The notes beneath the pieces are model-generated. The model was not told the DNA's origin and ran no database searches. It saw only the letters and a program-made list of their open reading frames with translations. A program made the position numbers and the translations under genes. A DNA stretch of 64,000 nucleotides from an uncultured bacterium (GTDB lineage: Bacteria; Patescibacteriota; Minisyncoccia; Phycocordibacterales; UBA9973), in assembly GCA_903892035.1 (NCBI GenBank), contig CAITGV010000001.1, positions 355,310 to 419,309 on the forward strand, written 5' to 3'. The first letter of the stretch is position 1. The number at the start of each line of letters is the position of its first letter. Below are positions 37,419-46,997 of the stretch, one piece after another.

Positions 37419-39643
37419 ATTGTATCACTCTCCGCATGATCCATTGGTCGTTCCATCACTTCTCTTGGTTTTGCTCCGTCACCGGGGCCGACTACTCCAC
37501 GCTCTTCCAACATATCGATAAGTCTTGCAGCTCGAGCGTAACCAACTTTCAATTTTCTTTGTAAATATGAAGTCGAGGCTTTTCCAGCTTCTATCACGAC
37601 CATTCTAGCTTCTTCATACATATCATCGTCATCACTATCGCTGTCCACCATTGATTCAAATATAGATTTGTCTGGGCTCATTGTGCCAGTGAGTGTAATT
37701 TCGTCTGGAACTTCATCCTGGTAGCTCTTCACCAAGTATTTTACCACCTTTTTGACTTCTTCTTCAGAAATAAAAGCAGACTGAAGGCGCTCTGGTTGAG
37801 ACATTTCTCCTGACATATAAAGCATATCTCCAGCTCCAAGAAGTTTTTCCGCTCCTCCCTGGTCAAGAATTGTACGTGAGTCTATTTGTGAAGATACTTG
37901 TAGAGCAATGCGAGCAGGAATATTTGCTTTGATGAGTCCTGTAATGACGTTTACACTTGGGCGCTGTGTGGAAAGAATAAGGTGAATACCGACAGCACGA
38001 GACATTTGTGCGAGGCGGACGATAGCGCTTTCGAGTTCACGTGGGTAGCTTTGCATAATATCTGCCAACTCATCGATGATGACTACAATAAACGGCATTT
38101 TTTCTGCTTCTGCACCAGTGTCTTCACCTTTTTTGTTTTTTTGATTTTTACCAAGGACATTTGCATGATAGCTCTCGATATCACGCACAGACTCTGATTC
38201 GAGAATGTCATATCTGCGATCCATTTCTTTTGCAGCCCACTTGAGTGCAAGGATAGCTTTCTTTGGATCTGTGATGACAGGTGTAAGCAAGTGGGGGATT
38301 TTATTGTAAAGCGTAAGTTCCACACGTTTCGGGTCCACCATTATAAAACGCATTTCTTCTGGACCATTTCTATATAGTAATGAAGTGATGAGAGCGTGAA
38401 TGGTTACAGATTTTCCAGAACCAGTTGCTCCTGCGATAAGTAGGTGAGGCATCTTTCCCATATTTCCAAAAAATGATTTTCCAGAAATTCCTTTTCCGAG
38501 TGCCATGAGCAAAGGTTTTCCTCCATTTTGAAATTTATCATCCGAAAGAAGTGTTGCGAGGCCGACTGTGGACTTTACTCTGTTTGGAATTTCAATACCG
38601 ACGAGTGATTTGCCAGGGATAGGGGCTTCGATACGAATAGGGTGAGCAGCGAGTGCGAGTGCGAGGTCGTTTTGAAGTCCTACGATTCGTGAGAGTTTCA
38701 TTCCTTCCGCAGGTTTTAGAGCATAGCGAGTGACGGTAGGCCCAATTGTAATTTCATCCATTTCGACAAGAATACCGAAGTTTTGAAGTGTGCGACGAAT
38801 GATATTTGCATTGGCTTTAATATCGCCGACATTTGGTTTACCTTTGTCTTCTTCGAGAAGTGAAAGTGGTGGTGGAACGTAAGCAGAATTTTTCTTTGGA
38901 TTTGCTTTTACAACAAAATCATCATCACTTTCCTCCCCTCCTTTTTGAGGAGGGGATTGAGGGGTGGTGGTTTCCTCAGATTCACCTACCTCTTCCTCTT
39001 TATAATCACCACCCCCTGCCCCCTCCTCGTCAAGAAGGGGGTTCTCGTCATCATCTCCAATTTCTTTTCCATGTTCAAAAAACATATTCTTAAAGAAATT
39101 GAAAATCTTTTTAAACATTGGAACAAGGTTTGGTCGTGCATCAAAAATTATTATAAAAGAAATGATGAGTAGTCCACCTAGGAAAAGTATTCCTGCATAA
39201 TTTCCAAAAAGTTTTGTAAAAGGATAGCTTGCGATGGATCCTACATAACCACCCGACATATCGCTAGAAATATTGAAAAGTCCAAGTGTTGAAGTTAGAA
39301 ATAAAAGTCCACCGATGGTGTGCGTGAGTGCGATATTTGGTCTTTGTTCTTTTGCAAAAGATATACCAAAAAGAATACAAAGAATTGGTAGAAATAAATA
39401 TCCATAACCAAATAGTGAGCTAAAAAGTGTGTGGAAAAAATTCCCAGCAGGTCCTGCAATATTGAGCCCAGCAAGAATAAAAAAAAGTGCAAGAACAAAT
39501 GCTACAACTGCTAGAACTCCGTGCCTAGTTTCATCAGAAATTTTTGAACTTGTATTTGATTTTTTTGCCACTTCTTTTTTTTCCTTTTTATCAACCTTTT
39601 TAATTATTTTTTCAGTATCAGATTTTACTTTTTTTACAGCCAT
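37415..39643 (-). CDS. ftsK: DNA translocase FtsK/SpoIIIE
   Basis: N-terminal TM helices, Walker A GATGSGKS, and the FtsK alpha/beta/gamma order. The likely start is MAVKKVK at 39643; the longer track ORF runs into a repeat element. Confidence 0.85.
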   Translation of the reverse strand: MAVKKVKSDTEKIIKKVDKKEKKEVAKKSNTSSKISDETRHGVLAVVAFVLALFFILAGLNIAGPAGNFFHTLFSSLFGYGYLFLPILCILFGISFAKEQRPNIALTHTIGGLLFLTSTLGLFNISSDMSGGYVGSIASYPFTKLFGNYAGILFLGGLLIISFIIIFDARPNLVPMFKKIFNFFKNMFFEHGKEIGDDDENPLLDEEGAGGGDYKEEEVGESEETTTPQSPPQKGGEESDDDFVVKANPKKNSAYVPPPLSLLEEDKGKPNVGDIKANANIIRRTLQNFGILVEMDEITIGPTVTRYALKPAEGMKLSRIVGLQNDLALALAAHPIRIEAPIPGKSLVGIEIPNRVKSTVGLATLLSDDKFQNGGKPLLMALGKGISGKSFFGNMGKMPHLLIAGATGSGKSVTIHALITSLLYRNGPEEMRFIMVDPKRVELTLYNKIPHLLTPVITDPKKAILALKWAAKEMDRRYDILESESVRDIESYHANVLGKNQKNKKGEDTGAEAEKMPFIVVIIDELADIMQSYPRELESAIVRLAQMSRAVGIHLILSTQRPSVNVITGLIKANIPARIALQVSSQIDSRTILDQGGAEKLLGAGDMLYMSGEMSQPERLQSAFISEEEVKKVVKYLVKSYQDEVPDEITLTGTMSPDKSIFESMVDSDSDDDDMYEEARMVVIEAGKASTSYLQRKLKVGYARAARLIDMLEERGVVGPGDGAKPREVMERPMDHAESDTI

Positions 39644-39678
39644 ATATGCGGATATTATAGCATATTGATTTTGAATTT

Positions 39679-39727
39679 CCCCCTCCCATTTATAAGGGGA
39701 GGGGTTGGGGAGAGGTGAATTAAGAAC
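39679..39727. repeat. GC-rich palindromic intergenic element (variant)
   Basis: CCCCCTCCCatttataaGGGGAGGGG + TTGGGGAGAGGTGAATTAAGAACC. Confidence 0.6.
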
Positions 39728-39911
39728 CCATCCTAAATCCTTCCCAAAGGGAAGGACAAAAAATCCGCCCTGCCCCGTGATGCGTACTCGCATTTTACGG
39801 GGTTGCAATTATTTCTCTGTCCGTTATATAATGGACAAACGAAATACATAAAAACTCCAAAATTTTTACCAAAAAGACACGCAGAATTTTAAAAGACAAG
39901 CTTAGAGACAT

Positions 39912-40739
39912 ATGGAAAATATCAATAATACAAAGGAATATTCAAAGGACATGCATTCTGCTAATGCAGGAGAAGAACAAGCAGAAAGTGCTTTCGTGGT
40001 ACTCTCAAAAAAGACCGATAAATTGGTCACAGCTTTGTATATGGTCACAGACTGTATGGAGTTTGCAGAACCAGTAAGAACTAAACTTCGTGCAGTGGGG
40101 GCGGACCTTGTTTCTGGTGTAAAACATGCAGAATATCGCAATGCCATAAATAAGCATTTCCTTTTCGAAGAGCTCGAAGGAAGTGTCTCCGAAGTGCTTT
40201 CTTTTTTAGAAATTGCATCATCTGTGGGGCTCATTTCAAGCATGAATGGAGCAATTCTTTCTAAAGAATTTAGTAGTCTTTCTGACGCTATCAAACATCA
40301 TAAAAATCAAAATAAAAATGGCCGATTCAAAGATCCAAATTTCGAAGGAAAATCATTATCAAGTTTTCTTTTGGGTGAAAAAGATTTCGGTGTGCCAGTA
40401 GCGCTCACAAGTCCTATAGATAAAGACACAGACGATAAAGGACAGTTGTCCTTTAGAAAAGATATACAGAAAAAGGACGCAATTATTCCTAGCGCTAGAC
40501 CCATAGAAAACTCTAAAGGACACGTATCAAGGACAACAGAAATAGCATTAAGAATATCAAGACGTAATGATATTTTGAAACTTATAAAGGACAGCAAAGA
40601 AGTTACCATAAAGGACATTTCAAAAGTTATTATTGGTTGCTCAGAAAAGACCATTCAGCGTGAACTTACGTCTTTAATATCAGAAGGAGTTATAAAAAAA
40701 GTTGGTGAAAAACGCTGGAGTAGGTATTCGATCAAATAG
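39912..40739 (+). CDS. hypothetical protein with C-terminal winged-helix DNA-binding domain
   Basis: C-terminal KDISKVIIGCSEKTIQRELTSLISEGVIKKVG is HTH-like. The rest is not recognised. Confidence 0.4.
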   Translation: MENINNTKEYSKDMHSANAGEEQAESAFVVLSKKTDKLVTALYMVTDCMEFAEPVRTKLRAVGADLVSGVKHAEYRNAINKHFLFEELEGSVSEVLSFLEIASSVGLISSMNGAILSKEFSSLSDAIKHHKNQNKNGRFKDPNFEGKSLSSFLLGEKDFGVPVALTSPIDKDTDDKGQLSFRKDIQKKDAIIPSARPIENSKGHVSRTTEIALRISRRNDILKLIKDSKEVTIKDISKVIIGCSEKTIQRELTSLISEGVIKKVGEKRWSRYSIK

Positions 40740-40750
40740 ATTATATAAAA

Positions 40751-40835
40751 CCCTCACCTCAGTCCTCTCCCTTATCAAGGAGAGGAAGACTGCTTAGCTT
40801 TCGATGTTCCCCCTGATAAGGGGGATTGAGGGGGT
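40751..40835. repeat. two adjacent GC-rich palindromic elements
   Basis: CCTCTCCCttatcaaGGAGAGG and CCCCCtgataaGGGGG + ATTGAGGGGGTTG. Confidence 0.55.
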
Positions 40836-40893
40836 TGTATTTTTTTGTAATCTTCATACATTTCTTTCGTCTCTATTATTGTATCTCGCTTTT

Positions 40894-40934
40894 CTCCCCT
40901 CCCATTTATAAGGGGAGGGGTCGGGGGAGAGGTG
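40894..40934. repeat. GC-rich palindromic intergenic element (variant)
   Basis: CTCCCCTCCCatttataaGGGGAGGGG + TCGGGGGAGAGGTG. Confidence 0.6.
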
Positions 40935-41471
40935 CATTGCATTTTCACCCCAAAAATGCTACTATGTGGTGTGCTTTGTAAATCAATATTTGAGATTTAC
41001 AGGCATGCCTCGCACATTGCGAAAGCATTTGTGCAGGGGTTATCCACATTATAGTTTTGCGACTTCGGTTGCATATATACTATAATGTTTATATGTGTAA
41101 TGCCTGACGGATTTTTTTCCGTTTTGTCGTGCACATGTCCATGGAGTGATCATTGAAAATTAAATAAATTGTTTTCGTTAATAAAAAACAAAACAATATA
41201 TAGATTGATTTTTATATTTATTTTTCGCATTGCGATATGCGTAAAATTTTTATAATTATTATTCTCGTTTTCTTGATCAACGTTTATTTTGCAACTACCG
41301 AAATTGTTTTAAAAACCAATTTCGTTTAGTAACAAATTCGGGAGCGTTAATTAAGCTCCGGAATTTAAAATGCGCAACATATTAGTTTTGTCGAAATTAA
41401 TTAATAGCGCATAGATCCACAGTGTATGAATAATTTAATTTCGTACGCTCGACGGTCACATTAAAAAAAAT

Positions 41472-44400
41472 ATGTTAAAAACAAAAATTGCGAAAGCAAT
41501 TCTTGGATTTGTAGCAATGCTTATGTTGGTTGTTGGCTTTTCAGCTAATGCTTACACATTCACAGCTCCAAATCTAATGAAAGGTTCAACAGGCGAGGCT
41601 GTCAAACAGCTTCAAATGGTTTTGAACGCAACTCCTGCAACTCAAGTTGCTACATCGGGTGCTGGTTCTCCAGGAATGGAAACTATGTACTTCGGTGGTG
41701 CTACTAAAACTGCAGTGATGAAATACCAGACAGCTCATGGTCTTCCGTCAACAGGTCTTGTTGGTCCAATGACACGCGCTGTGTTAAATGGAACACAAGT
41801 AGTAGTACAAGGAAACTGTCCTACAGGATTCCACACAGTTACTCCTGTTGCTCCAACATTCGCAGCATGTGCTGCAGACGTTGCAAATCAATCAGGTCCT
41901 GTAACAGTAGCTATGGCTTCAGATAGCCCAGCTTCAGGTTCTGTTGTTTCTCCATCAACTGGTGCTGTATTTGCTAAATACACATTTACAGGTAATGGCA
42001 CAGTTACTTCAATGAGTTTCAAGAGAACAGGTATTTCTTCAAATACTTCTCTCACAAACATCTATCTTTATGATGGGGCAACTCGTTTGACAGATGGATT
42101 TTCATTGAATTCTGACAATACAGCAACATTTGCTAATATCAGTGGTCTATTTACAGTTTCAGGCACACGAACAATTTCAGTGGTTGCTGATGTAACAGGC
42201 TCTGATTACAGTATTGGTCTAGATCTTACAAGTATCACTTCAGGTGGCGTAGTTTCACCTGTTAGTGTTGTAGGAAATGTTCAATATGTTGCAGTAGTTT
42301 CAAACCCAGCTACAGTAGACTTTGGAACTGTAACACCTACAGGTGGTTCAATTGACCCAGCTCATGATGTTGTAGTATTCAATAGTAATGTAAACGTTGG
42401 TACACGTGATGTTACTCTTACACGTTTGGCGATGCGTCAAATTGGTTCAGTTAACACAAGTGATATTGCTAACTTCCGTCTTATGATTGATGGTACAACA
42501 GTATCAACTGTTGCTACTATGGACATGAACGGTTATGTAACATTTGCTCTTGCTACACCAAAAGTTCTTACAACAGGAACACGTGTGTTTAAAGTTCTTG
42601 CAGATGTTAATGCTGGATCATCACGAACATTCCAATTCTCAATCCGTAACAAGACAGATATTGGTATAATGGATACACAATACAATGCAGGAGTTGCTGC
42701 AACATTTAATTCAAGCAACTTCCCAGCAAGTTCAGTAGCTGCAACTTCAATCAATTCTGGCTCAGTCACAGTACAAAAAGCTTCTGATTCAACGTCAGGA
42801 AATGTTACTTTGAATGGCCACGATGTTGTTCTTGCTCGTTACAGTTTGACAACATACGGTGAATCTCTAAAGATTGAAACAATCTTGGCTGGATTTACTT
42901 CTTCAAACGGTAGTGTTGGTTCACTTCGAAATGGCCGTATTATGATAAACGGTTCTCAAGTTGGTTCAACAGCTACACTTTTGAAAGTAGGTTCTGGTGG
43001 AACTTCGTTCACAACAAATTACACACTTGCAGCTGGTCAACCTGCTACTCTTGAAATTCGTGCAGATTTGTACGACAACGATGGAACAAATGATCTTGCT
43101 ATAAGTGATACAGTAACTGGCCGATTGATGGTTCCAGGTTCTGCGAACACACAACGTTTGTCATCACTTGGTTACATAACAGTCCCTGCTTCTTACTATG
43201 ATGGAAATGCTTTGAGTGTCCAATCTGCTGCATCTTTGACAATGGCAAAGACTTCAACATATAGTGCACAAACAACAGCTGTTCCTCAAACTCAGTCATA
43301 CAAGGTTGCTTCTTACTCTTTGAGTGGAAACAATGTTGAAGACGTAAATCTTGATACAGTTTCAGTAGATTTCACTGCTGTTTCTGGAACAACATTTACA
43401 TCAGCTGATCTTACAGATGTAACTCTAAAGATTGACGGTACAGTTATAGGTTCACCAAAATCAACAGTAACTGCAACTGGTAATTCTTACTCAATCACAA
43501 AAGTTCTTCCAAAGAATGGAACAATGAATATTGAACTATGGGCAACTATTGGTTCAACAATCACTGCAACTAATTCGATTAAGGCAACTACGACAGTTTC
43601 TGGTGTTGGTGCTTCATCTTCAGTAGCTTCTTCAACAGGAGCAGTTGATGGTCAAGTAATAACAGCAAACTCCGGTTCAATTACAGCTACAACTGATGCT
43701 TCACGACCTGATGCATCTATGAATGATGATTCTGGTACAAAGACAATGGCTGCATTTAAATTTGCTGCCGTTACAGATTCTTACACAGTTACAGATCTTA
43801 CATTTACAGTTGCTGATGTAACTACTGTTTCTCAAATGAGTCTATATGATGGAACAACTCTTATTGCTCAAAAGACTGCAGCAGGAACAACAACCTTCAG
43901 CGGTATTTCATGGCCAATTCCAGCTGGTACATCAAAGATTCTTACAGTTAAATTGGATCTTGGTACAGTTGGTGTAGGTAATGGTTCAACTGGTGCTTCA
44001 ACACTTGTTACATTGACTTCAGGTCTTGCAACAAATGGTGCTGGTACAAATGCTGCGATTACACAGAGTAATCCTGCAGGTACTGCACAATACACATTCA
44101 AGGCTATTCCTACTCTAACAACAGTTACACTTCCTACTACATCACTTGTAGCTGGAACAAATACTCTTGCTAAGTTCTCAGTAAATACAAATGGTACTGG
44201 AACAGTAGGATGGAACAGAATCGTATTAAACGTAACAAAGACTGATCATCCAACTCTATCAACATTCACACTTTGGAATGCTGATTCGAATACTCAAATT
44301 GCCGGTACATTTATAGTACATGACACTGCAAACGTAGCTTCTTGTATTGCAACTGACGGTAGTGGAGATACTTGCCGCCTAGGATTTGTTCCTGGAACAG

Positions 44401-44693
44401 AACAACAAGTTTCTGGTTCAGTAAACTATGTTCTTAAGGCAACAGTTGGAGGTGCTCTTGCAACAGCAGACTATGTAAGTACAACTATCCCATCAAACAC
44501 TGCGTCATTTGTGGCTTCAAACACATATTCGACAATTGCGGGTAGTCCATCAACATACACAAACTATGGAACAACTCCATCATTTGTATGGTCTGATGTT
44601 TCAGCTGCTAGTCACGATACTACAACATCTGACTGGTCAACTGATTACCTAGTTCGCTCATTGCCACTTGATTCACAAACTCTTACAAAATAA
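41472..44693 (+). CDS. large secreted surface protein with N-terminal peptidoglycan-binding domain
   Basis: Signal peptide, a PG_binding_1-like segment (GSTGEAVKQLQ...MKYQTAHGLPSTGLVGPMT), then roughly 900 aa of Thr/Ser/Val/Gly-rich beta-type repeats. GC is higher than in neighbouring genes. Confidence 0.6.
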   Translation: MLKTKIAKAILGFVAMLMLVVGFSANAYTFTAPNLMKGSTGEAVKQLQMVLNATPATQVATSGAGSPGMETMYFGGATKTAVMKYQTAHGLPSTGLVGPMTRAVLNGTQVVVQGNCPTGFHTVTPVAPTFAACAADVANQSGPVTVAMASDSPASGSVVSPSTGAVFAKYTFTGNGTVTSMSFKRTGISSNTSLTNIYLYDGATRLTDGFSLNSDNTATFANISGLFTVSGTRTISVVADVTGSDYSIGLDLTSITSGGVVSPVSVVGNVQYVAVVSNPATVDFGTVTPTGGSIDPAHDVVVFNSNVNVGTRDVTLTRLAMRQIGSVNTSDIANFRLMIDGTTVSTVATMDMNGYVTFALATPKVLTTGTRVFKVLADVNAGSSRTFQFSIRNKTDIGIMDTQYNAGVAATFNSSNFPASSVAATSINSGSVTVQKASDSTSGNVTLNGHDVVLARYSLTTYGESLKIETILAGFTSSNGSVGSLRNGRIMINGSQVGSTATLLKVGSGGTSFTTNYTLAAGQPATLEIRADLYDNDGTNDLAISDTVTGRLMVPGSANTQRLSSLGYITVPASYYDGNALSVQSAASLTMAKTSTYSAQTTAVPQTQSYKVASYSLSGNNVEDVNLDTVSVDFTAVSGTTFTSADLTDVTLKIDGTVIGSPKSTVTATGNSYSITKVLPKNGTMNIELWATIGSTITATNSIKATTTVSGVGASSSVASSTGAVDGQVITANSGSITATTDASRPDASMNDDSGTKTMAAFKFAAVTDSYTVTDLTFTVADVTTVSQMSLYDGTTLIAQKTAAGTTTFSGISWPIPAGTSKILTVKLDLGTVGVGNGSTGASTLVTLTSGLATNGAGTNAAITQSNPAGTAQYTFKAIPTLTTVTLPTTSLVAGTNTLAKFSVNTNGTGTVGWNRIVLNVTKTDHPTLSTFTLWNADSNTQIAGTFIVHDTANVASCIATDGSGDTCRLGFVPGTEQQVSGSVNYVLKATVGGALATADYVSTTIPSNTASFVASNTYSTIAGSPSTYTNYGTTPSFVWSDVSAASHDTTTSDWSTDYLVRSLPLDSQTLTK

Positions 44694-44717
44694 TAGTTTA
44701 GGCTTCATGTAGTAATA

Positions 44718-44796
44718 GTTTCTCGATTCTTAAAATTGAAAGTCTGGTTGACTTAAATCACCAACAAAAAAGCACCCTTCACCGGGTGCTTTTTTG
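44718..44796 (+). repeat. cassette-boundary direct repeat DR1 plus terminator hairpin
   Basis: AGTTTCTCGATTCttaaaatTGAAAGTCTGGTtGACTtAAATCACCAACAAAAAAGC, then hairpin gcacccttcaccgggtgc and a T-run. Copies also at 46827 and 47478. Confidence 0.65.
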
Positions 44797-44822
44797 CTTG
44801 CCAAAAATTAAAATACCCTCGT

Positions 44823-44841
44823 GTTGAAGTTTGACTTCAAC
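44823..44841. repeat. REP-like hairpin GTTGAAGTTTGACTTCAAC
   Basis: 7-bp stem and 5-nt loop. Further copies at 44860-44876, 45068-45085 (inside the RAYT ORF) and an inverted copy at 45610-45628. Confidence 0.6.
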
Positions 44842-44897
44842 AAAAAGTAATTAAAAACTGTTGAAGTTTGACTTCAGTGGTGATAATATTTATGTAT

Positions 44898-45608
44898 ATG
44901 AGAAAAGAACAATTTGGTGTTGACTCTATAATTCATGTTTATAATCGTGGAAATAGAAAACAAAAAATAGTAATAGATGATAATGATCGGTGGCATTTTT
45001 TACAGATACTTTTTTATTTTAATGACGAATTTTCTCCAGTGAATCCATTCCGCACACTAAGGGAACTGTTGAAGTTTGACTTCAGCAGTAAACTTATCTG
45101 GCCAGATGAATGGCCAGAAAGAAATAAACTTGTAAATATTGTAGGTTTTTCATTGAAAGATAATCATTTTCATTTAATTATTCAGGAAATTAAAGAAGGA
45201 GGAACAACAAAATTTATGAGGAAGTTTGGTACTGGAATGACAAATTATTTTAATACAAAATATAAAGAAAGAGGAAAACTTTTTCAGGGTTCATATAAAG
45301 CAAGATTGGTTGATACAGATAATTATTTAAAATATTTAAGTGTATATGTTCAAGTAAAAAATGTTATTGAAATGTATTCGGGTGGGTTAGAAAATGCAAT
45401 TTTAAATTTTGATCATGCTTATCAATTTGCAATAGATTATAAATACGGAAGTCTTGGTTCACAAATTTTACAAAATCTTGAAACAGATAAAATTCTTGAT
45501 AATCACATACTGGTTGATCTTTTTAAAAGTGGAGAGTATAAAAAATTTTCAAAAGAATGTTTAACATTTGTAATTTTTGATGAAAAAAAATCTCAACTTG
45601 TATATTAG
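44898..45608 (+). CDS. REP-associated tyrosine transposase (IS200-like Y1 HUH)
   Basis: N-terminal HVYNRGNRKQKIV, HUH motif HFHLIIQ, and the catalytic Tyr region GKLFQGSYKARLVDTDNYLKYL. Flanked by inverted REP hairpins. The track ORF starts at TTG 44868 inside a REP. Confidence 0.6.
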   Translation: MRKEQFGVDSIIHVYNRGNRKQKIVIDDNDRWHFLQILFYFNDEFSPVNPFRTLRELLKFDFSSKLIWPDEWPERNKLVNIVGFSLKDNHFHLIIQEIKEGGTTKFMRKFGTGMTNYFNTKYKERGKLFQGSYKARLVDTDNYLKYLSVYVQVKNVIEMYSGGLENAILNFDHAYQFAIDYKYGSLGSQILQNLETDKILDNHILVDLFKSGEYKKFSKECLTFVIFDEKKSQLVY

Positions 45609-45609
45609 T

Positions 45610-45628
45610 TGTTGAAGTCAAACTTCAA
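45610..45628. repeat. REP-like hairpin, inverted copy (GTTGAAGTCAAACTTCAAC)
   Basis: Exact reverse complement of the 44823 element, lying immediately after the RAYT stop. Confidence 0.6.
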
Positions 45629-45639
45629 CGGAAACTTCA

Positions 45640-45739
45640 ACAGAATACATATGTCCGCCTATGGGGAAATGCATGCGGTTTTCGGTAGAAAACCGCATGC
45701 GTAGTTTACCAGTTTGTATTACGTTGATATAATTAATCA
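45640..45739 (+). ncRNA. conserved structured leader upstream of MazF-like gene (copy 1)
   Basis: Contains hairpin GCATGCGGTTTTC-ggtag-AAAACCGCATGC (45671-45700) and the palindromic gttgatataattaatcaa just before the ATG. A paralogous copy lies at 46237-46351. Confidence 0.45.
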
Positions 45740-46123
45740 ATGAAAGATTTTGATAATTGGAACAAAGAAAAACAATATATAAATAACTTAAATCACCACC
45801 CCTACTGTGCTATTCGAGAAATATGGTGGTGTTCATTGGGAGTAAATGTGGGTGTTGAGATTGATGGAAAAAATGGAAAATTTGAAAGACCAGTTCTAAT
45901 TTTGAAATATTTAAATAAAGACATGGTATTAGTAATACCACTTACAACAAAAAATAAAAATGATAAAAATCATATTCAAATTGAAATGGAAGATAGGGTT
46001 TCTTTTGCAAAGATTTCCCAATCTAGAGTTATTAGCACGAAGAGACTTTTAAGAAAGATAGATATGTTGCCAGAGGGGGAATTTGTGGAGGTCAAGAAAA
46101 AATTTATAGAATTTCTTTCATAA
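45740..46123 (+). CDS. MazF/PemK-like toxin-fold protein
   Basis: REIWWCSLGVNVGVE..GK....RPVLILK....MVLVIPLTTK pattern of the PemK/MazF family, with a 25-aa N-terminal extension. Confidence 0.6.
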   Translation: MKDFDNWNKEKQYINNLNHHPYCAIREIWWCSLGVNVGVEIDGKNGKFERPVLILKYLNKDMVLVIPLTTKNKNDKNHIQIEMEDRVSFAKISQSRVISTKRLLRKIDMLPEGEFVEVKKKFIEFLS

Positions 46124-46136
46124 ACATCGAAACCCC

Positions 46137-46160
46137 CTTGCGGGGGTTTCTCGGAGGCCG
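46137..46160 (+). terminator. terminator hairpin after MazF-like gene 1
   Basis: gaaacccccttgcgggggtttc immediately after the stop. Confidence 0.55.
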
Positions 46161-46236
46161 AAGCCGTCAATACATATATAATATATTTTTTAAATTAATT
46201 GTCAACTGTTTAAAATCCGCACAAGTCAGGCTTGTG

Positions 46237-46351
46237 CGAAGGAAAATACATATGTCCGACCTATGGGGGAACTGCGTGCGGTTTTCGGTAGAAAACCGCA
46301 CGCTGGATTATTTATTTTTGTAAATTATCATAGTGTTGATATAATTAATCA
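46237..46351 (+). ncRNA. conserved structured leader upstream of MazF-like gene (copy 2)
   Basis: Same hairpin as copy 1 with an A>G / T>C compensatory pair (GCGTGCGG...CCGCACGC, 46274-46303), plus an upstream hairpin CGCACAAGtcaggCTTGTGCG (46208-46228). Confidence 0.45.
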
Positions 46352-46738
46352 ATGAAGGATTATATTAACTGGAATAAAAAGAAAATTCAAATTGACGAAA
46401 TAAAAAACAGACCATTTTTTCACGAAAGAGAAATTTGGTTTTGTCATCTGGGTGTTAATGTTGGGTTTGAGCAAGATGGTTCAAATGATGAATTTTTAAG
46501 ACCTGTTGTTATTGTGCGGAAGTTTAATAACAGTATATTTTTGGCAGTTCCACTAACTCGAACAAATAAGAAGAATCAATTTTATTTTCAGTTTATTTTT
46601 AATGAAAATGAAAAAAGTACAGCTATTTTATCTCAGATCAAGCTTATTGATGGTAGACGATTAAGTTATAAAATTGGTGATATTTCAGAAATAGATTTTA
46701 TTGAACTAAAGAAAAAACTCAAGGCTTTGATACCTTGA
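46352..46738 (+). CDS. MazF/PemK-like toxin-fold protein (paralog)
   Basis: REIWFCHLGVNVGFE..GS....RPVVIVR....IFLAVPLTRT. Paralogous to 45740..46123, including the N-terminal extension MKD.(D/I)NWNK. Confidence 0.6.
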   Translation: MKDYINWNKKKIQIDEIKNRPFFHEREIWFCHLGVNVGFEQDGSNDEFLRPVVIVRKFNNSIFLAVPLTRTNKKNQFYFQFIFNENEKSTAILSQIKLIDGRRLSYKIGDISEIDFIELKKKLKALIP

Positions 46739-46826
46739 GTTTTTTCCATTTATACCTCCACCAAAGGTGGAGTCGGGCCGAGGCCATTTGTATTTACACT
46801 TTATCAAATAGCAAAGATAAAGTCAA

Positions 46827-46900
46827 AGTTTCTCGATTCTAAATCGAAAGTCTGGTCGACTCAAATCACCAACAAAAAAGCGGTAGGCAAGACCTACCGC
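46827..46900 (+). repeat. cassette-boundary direct repeat DR2 plus terminator hairpin
   Basis: AGTTTCTCGATTCTAAATCGAAAGTCTGGTCGACTCAAATCACCAACAAAAAAGC, then hairpin gcggtaggcaagacctaccgc. Confidence 0.65.
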
Positions 46901-46965
46901 TAAAATCCGCACAAGTCAGACTTGTGCGAAAGGAAAATACATATGTTCGACCTATGAGGAATTGC
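46901..46965 (+). repeat. truncated third copy of the MazF leader
   Basis: aaaatccgCACAAGtcagaCTTGTGcgaaaggaaaatacatatgttcgacctatgagg matches the start of leader copy 2, then diverges into the relB/relE cassette. Confidence 0.5.
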
Positions 46966-46997
46966 GTAATATCTATTTTGTGTGGTATAGTAATGAT

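Noticed and set aside
45640-45700. Short peptide ORFs (17-23 aa) across the MazF leaders as possible antitoxin peptides
   Set aside because: The two leader copies are in different reading frames because of a 1-nt indel, while the RNA hairpin is preserved by a compensatory change. An RNA-level function is more likely than a peptide.
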